NCBI GenBank assembly: GCA_046563655.1
Contig: CM102283.1
Span: 248,001 to 312,000 of the forward strand
Origin: Yuukianura sp. NJ FZ-2021
Lineage: Eukaryota
Direction of reading: 5' to 3'
DNA: 64,000 nt
The notes under the pieces were generated by a model that saw only the letters and a list, made by a program, of their open reading frames with translations, was not told where the DNA came from and did no database searches. The first letter of the stretch is position 1, and each line of letters begins with the position of its first letter. The translations under genes and the position numbers were made by a program. Below are positions 58,401 to 64,000 of the stretch, piece by piece.

Positions 58401-61400
58401 GTAAATAAGATGTACAGGCAGTTTGCAGTCCCACCACAGGATGCTAACTTTCAGCGGATCCTCTGGCGGGAATCACCAAATGACCCCGTGAAGGAATATC
58501 GGTTGACAACCATAACATACGGAACTTCATCAGCGCCATTCTGTGCAGTCCGTGCGCTCCATCAACTTGCTCATGACGAAGGAGCTAACTATCCACTAGC
58601 AGCAGCAGCGGTCAAGAACAACTTCTTTGTAGATGACCTCATGGCTGGTGGATCCACCATCTCGGTCGTTTCGTCTCTCTACAAAGAACTTAACGAACTA
58701 CTACCAAAGGGAAAACTGAATTGAGGAAGTGGGCGTCCAATTCAGCGGAAGTACTCAAACAAATTCCTCCTCACCTTGTGGAGTCATCTCTTGTGTCACT
58801 GACGGACGAAACGACAACCAAGGCTCTTGGAGTACAGTGGGATCCCACAACCGACACCATACGATTCTCTGGATTCGAATTTCTTCCGACCACCAAGGTC
58901 ACCAAGAGGTCAGTCTTGAGAGATCTCTCACGATTGTTTGACCCCCTTGGCCTCTTAGCACCATTCGTGGTGGCTGTGAAAATCTTCTTCCAAAATCTAT
59001 GGGCACGTAAACTTGATTGGGATGAAGAACTTCCTTCGGATCCGAAGCAACAGTGGGAATTGTTCCAAAATGGGTTAGTGAACTTAAAGAAATTAATCAT
59101 TCCTCGTGCAGTGCTTTATTCACAGACAGAATCGCTTGAGCTTCATGGATTCAGCGATGCGTCAGAGAAAGCGTATTCGGCTGTTATCTACATCAGAACT
59201 TCACACGAGGGTCAGATCATCACAAAGATCCTCGTAGCCAAAACCCGAGTAGCTCCAGTAAAGGCTCAAAGCCTCCCACGGTTGGAACTTTGCGGAGCCC
59301 TTCTACTTGCAAGACTAATTTCGGTGATCACCGATACGCTCAGCCTCGCCTGCCCCATTCATTGCTACACGGACAGTGAAATTGTGTTGAAGTGGCTCTC
59401 AGCCCCTTCAAGGCGGTGGGTGACTTTCCTCGCTAACAGAGTCTCCGAGGTGCAGCAGACAACAGCGACCGAATCATGGCACTACGTTCCGAGTGAACTC
59501 AATCCTGCAGACTGCGCCTCCCGAGGAATATCAATTGAAGAACTTGTGGATCATCCCCTCTGGTGGACAGGCCCGGACTTCCTACGGGGAGCAGAAATTC
59601 CACTATTCCGTTCTGCCAGTGGATCCAGTGAAACCGTGCTCGAAGAACGAAAGGCTAATCTTCTAACTGTTCAGTGGTACTGCCCCATCTTTAAGAAGTA
59701 CTCAAGTTTCAAAAAATTACGCAGAGTCATGGCAATCGTCATCTCCTTCGTTTTCAAATGCAAGAAAACTGCAATACCGAATCGCGTGGATCTACTGAAG
59801 AAGGCAGTATTATCCTTAGTTCGGATCTCGCAAGGACAAGTTTTCAGTTCCGAAGTTGAGCGACTCACCAAAAAACTGTGGTTGAGCCAATCGAGTAAAC
59901 TACTCAGTTTACATCCATTTCTGGATTCGGATGGTCTGCTTCGGGTAGGAGGGAGGCTACAATCATCAGGAATTCCTGAAAACTCGAAACACCCATGGAT
60001 CCTGTGTGGTAAATCAAATTTGGCTAAATTAATCATGACCCATTACCATGTACAGCATCTTCACGCTGGGAACCGACTACTACTCTCGCTTGTTCAAGGG
60101 GAGTACTGGATTGTTGGTGGAAAGAATTTAGCCAAAACTGTCACGTCACGCTGCATCAGATGTCGGTTGTTACGGCAACGTACAGCTGATCAGTTGATGG
60201 GATCTCTCCCCAGGTCTAGAGTTACCCCAGCACCACCGTTCAGTAACACAGGAGTCGATTACGCCGGGCCCTACACTCTACAGACCATTGCTGGTAGAGG
60301 TCACAAGCAATACAAAGCCTACTTCTGTGTTTTTATCTGCATGGCGACGAAAGCAGTGCATCTGGAGGCAGCGACAGATCTGTCAACAGAAGCATTCATC
60401 GCCGCTTTCAACCGATTCGTGTCAAGACGGGGATCTCCATGTCACATGTTCTCGGACTGTGGATCCAACTTCAAGGGAGCCAACAACGAGCTACTTGAAT
60501 TCGTAAGGTCAATTGAGTTTAACCATTCCGTTTCTGAGTACTTTGCAGAATCTCACGTCCAGTGGCACTTTAATCCACCATCCCCCCCACATCATGGCGG
60601 GATATGGGAAGCCGCAGTACGATCCACAAAATTCCATCTTCAAAGAGTAGTTGGTGGATCTACTATGACGTTGCTGGCATTTACTACATTGCTAACACAA
60701 GTAGAAGCAGCTTTGAACTCAAGACCATTGATGCCATTATCATCTAACCCTGAAGATCTTGAAGTGTTGACTCCGGGTCATTTTCTTATCGGGCGGCCTC
60801 TTCTTGCTGATCCGCAACCAGATTTGACCACTACACCAGTCAATCGACTGTCTCTTTGGCAAAAACAACAACGGATGTTCCAGTGCTTCTGGAAGTCTTG
60901 GTCACTGGAGTACCTGTCTACGCTTCAGCAACGGTCGAAGTGGACAAAGGAGAAACCAAATATCAACATCGGAGATCTAATTGCTGTCAAGGAAGACAAC
61001 ACTCCCCCATTGCGCTGGAAATTGGGTCGAGTCATCAAAACGCATCCTGGAAGCGATGGCTTCGTTAGAGTGATCACCCTCAAGACTGCCACAGGAGAAT
61101 TAACAAGACCGATCACCAGCATTGTCCCGTTGATGGCAGTTGATCAACTGGAAGAATCTCCAAACTAAGATGAAACTGTAACTTTAACTTTACTACAATA
61201 CTAGGTTATTTACATTTGAACTACTGGGTTTTCTACATTTCAATTTAATTTTATTTTACTAGGTTCCTTTCATTTAAATAATTAGGTTAAATTATCATTT
61301 CAATTTTTCATTAATTTACATCTAAACTTTAGTCATGGCGACTCCGTGCCACCGCTTTTTAACTTTTAATTTTCTTATCAAGCCTTTCTACACTTGTCTT

Positions 61401-62023
61401 GACCCGTAGTGCGTGGCGAGAGGTCAAGTAAATTGGGCCACTCTTAGTTTTGACGGAGTTGAGGGCTATGCTTCGCGCTGCCCTAGAGCTCTCCCGACTC
61501 GTCACCGCGCTTGGGATCCAAAGATGAGTGTGAGGGCACTTAATTTAAACTTTAATTTTTTCTGACACCATTGTGTCAGGGGCGTGGGCATGTTGGAGCA
61601 TGAAGCATCAATTAATTTAGTTAAAACAAACAAACATTTCTTAGATTAAGTTATTCATGTGAGCAGAGGACATTAGTTGGTCAACCCAAATAATGGTCTC
61701 CTGCAGATCCGCAGCAGCGGACTCTACATCAAATATCAATTCCAAGGTTCTTACTTATAGTTCTTAAGATTCATTCTTACAATTTTACATTCAGTTCTCT
61801 TTTACCTGTCGTTCGGAACAGTCTTTCTTTTTACCAATCTCATTCGATTTAATAAACCAGTAAAGAAAGTCTACAGCTCCACATTCCACATTCATACCAG
61901 TTGAGGTCAACGAGGTCATCTAATGAACTGCTAGTTTGGAGCATCACATTACTGTCTAGTCACAATTCACTTTCAGTCTGCCATCATTCACGCTCTCCCA
62001 ATAACGTTCATCCATTTCGCACA
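55417..62023 (+). mobile_element. Full-length BEL/Pao LTR retrotransposon
   Basis: LTRs 55417..55852 and 61591..62023 (TG...CA), 5-bp TSD TAGCC, PBS TGGTGCCGAAA at 55858 (tRNA-Phe-like), purine-rich tract before the 3' LTR. Confidence 0.95.
55978..61168 (+). pseudogene. BEL/Pao gag-pol polyprotein, disrupted near 56060, 57710 and 58720
   Basis: DUF1759-like gag, three Cys/His knuckles, protease LLDPGS, RT KLRVVFD / FFVDD, RNase H HGFSDAS / PRLELCGA, integrase GVDYAGP / SDCGSNF / GGIWE. Confidence 0.93.
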
Positions 62024-62968
62024 TAGCCTGCCAAAAGAAACCGCAAACCACTTCCGGTCAACTTGCCCGTGCACATGCACGTACAATTCCATTTGAATTT
62101 TCACTTTGCAAAACAACATCAAGGTCAATGGTCAAACAGAGTTCAGCTAGCTCGGGGGCGTGACTAGTCGTCCGTCTCTTGAGCCAATCAGCTTTGAGCA
62201 TTTCAAAAGTGGGCGTGGCTCGAGGAAATGGAGACATTTGATTGTTCGAGACTTGCCGCTACGCTCGGGGGTGTCTCTAGCTCTAGCCAATGAACGTTTA
62301 CCACTTCAATCGTGGGTGTGGCGTCGGAAATTGGAGACATTTGATTGGTCGACAAAACTTTTTACACATTGGGCCCGCCATGAAGCCATAATGTTGTCAT
62401 TTCCTGCTTAAACTCAGACAAGTCGCCCGGGCGGACTGGTCAGAGCGTCCATTTCGATTACATCTTATGGTAGGGGCAGTGAGTTCGACTCAACCTGACT
62501 CCAAATAATTTTTATGTAGCTCAAGCGTTTACGGAACAATATATACTTAGGCTTGGCGTTTCTCACTGGTATGCCCGCAAGCTTACGCTTACACAACTAT
62601 GTTGAATTAAATTACGAAACCGTCTTATCAGAAAAACGTACGGCATGAACCTGACTTTGAATAACCGTATAAAACATAACCGGCAATTTGTGATAACACC
62701 AACAACTTGATGGAAAACCAAAAACATGAATGCAGTTTTTGGTTTCTTTTTTGTCCTAGGGCCTTGTCCTTGACCTTTTTTTGTTTTTTTTTCGTCTTTT
62801 TCTAATTTCTGTTTTTTTTTGTTTTTTTCATTTTTTTCTACTTTTATTTTTAAAAGACATCATGTTTTTTTTTTCAATAAATAGATTAGTTTTTTTTTCA
62901 TATTTTGAAAAGTTTACAACAAAAAAGACTTGAGACAGGGCTAATGAAGGTTAAAAATAAAGTTATTT

Positions 62969-63850
62969 TTAAAAGAATATTTTTTTGTTGGATGCAAGTC
63001 CAGTAATTCTATTTCGATCAATTTGTAAAGTTTCGTCTTCGATTCCGACGATGAGAACCACCAAATCCTTTGTCGTCGGGGTTTCAAAATGAATTTCCAA
63101 CCCGTATTGCCCACATCTGGTCGCATTGTATCCGTCAGTCCACAAATCCTGGACGTTAAATGCAAAGATTGCATTTCCGTGTACAAACTTGTCGTAGGAA
63201 ATGTCATTTCCTTTCAGTCTGACGAGAAACCAACTTGCACAAATTGTGGTAGGCAAGCATGTAATTTTTGTCTTTGAAAATCATTTTTTGATAGACCAAC
63301 GGTTTTTGCTCAAATTTTAGCAACAGACGGGTAACACCGTGGGGCTTAAAGTTGAATGGTGACTTTTCAACTTTTTTCCCTTCGTAAACTTCTCGTTCCA
63401 AAATGCCAACTAAAAGAAGTTTTGGCTGCATAGTACTGTGGTAGGCATTTGTCAAATCAACCGAACTGAGATTTTTCGACACATATTCTAAGCGCATGTG
63501 GGCCTGATCGTATGAATAGTTGGCCACTTTATTTTTGGCAAACCCTTGCCGGATCTGAGTCCCTATTTTTTCACTGGGATTCACTTGGCGAATATAATAC
63601 TCGGCCAATTCGACTGTAATTTTGTATTTGGTGGTAGTGGCCGGTCCTCGCAAGCAAAATGATGCATCGCTCTTTTTAATTTCAAAATAGAATTGAGTGT
63701 TGTGCGGGAATAGCTTCTTGTTAGTGAATAGGCGGACAAACGGGCGCCCAATCATTTCAAACGTTTGACTATTTTTTTGCCAAGTTTAAGCGCGCCTTGT
63801 AACTTGGGTTTGTGTCGTCGTAGGTGTCCATGACATCTCCAGCATAATAA
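62969..63850 (-). pseudogene. Second, divergent Polinton major capsid protein (C-terminal two-thirds, frameshifted)
   Basis: TFEMIGRPF...LF...SDASFCL, QPKLLLVGI...SPFNF, GNAIFAFN...LEIHF...LQIDRNR aligns by eye with 12470..13771. Confidence 0.8.
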
Positions 63851-63851
63851 C

Positions 63852-64000
63852 CAGAGATGTCAAAAATATTTTTTATCAATATTTTAAATGTTTTCAATAT
63901 TTCGGCCTTTTTAGTCAATACAAAATATTTACTTTTTAGTAAATATTTACATCAATATTTCACCGATGTCGAGAAATATTCACTAGAAAATCGGAATTGG
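63852..64000. mobile_element. Possible hAT-like MITE end interrupting the capsid gene
   Basis: Coding homology stops at CAGAGATGTCAAAAATATT, followed by repeated AATATTT motifs. The other end is outside the window. Confidence 0.4.

Noticed and set aside
62410-62505. tRNA gene or tRNA-derived SINE head (A-box-like GGCGGACTGG, B-box-like GAGTTCGACTC)
   Set aside because: No cloverleaf could be built, and it is single-copy in the window. Needs tRNAscan-SE or a repeat search.

Overview
Eukaryotic, AT-rich, repeat-saturated DNA with short GT-AG introns (probably an invertebrate/arthropod; inference). No ordinary host gene is evident. The window is dominated by two tandem copies (offset ~28.83 kb; <=1..~23885 and 28831..~48850) of a block containing a PIF/Harbinger element, two fold-back MITEs and a decayed Polinton/Maverick (adintovirus-like) element: pPolB fragment, rve integrase, packaging ATPase, penton, major capsid protein and adenain protease. 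LTR retrotransposons have invaded this element. The most striking feature is a Ty3/gypsy element whose extra ORF, between pol and the 3' end, encodes an Rrp6/EXOSC10-like DEDDy 3'-5' exonuclease + HRDC + CCHC zinc knuckle. A second, highly diverged remnant has the same HRDC-CCHC tail followed by an LTR and is fused in frame to the Polinton integrase. Also present: an apparently intact EnSpm/CACTA element whose empty site is visible in the other copy, piggyBac MITEs, a DD41D mariner fragment, two BEL/Pao elements, a LINE-like insertion, a DDE_Tnp_4+SWIM transposase, a hairpin satellite with a 488-bp higher-order period, and a second divergent Polinton capsid gene at the right end. All family calls come from motif recognition by eye; no database search was run.
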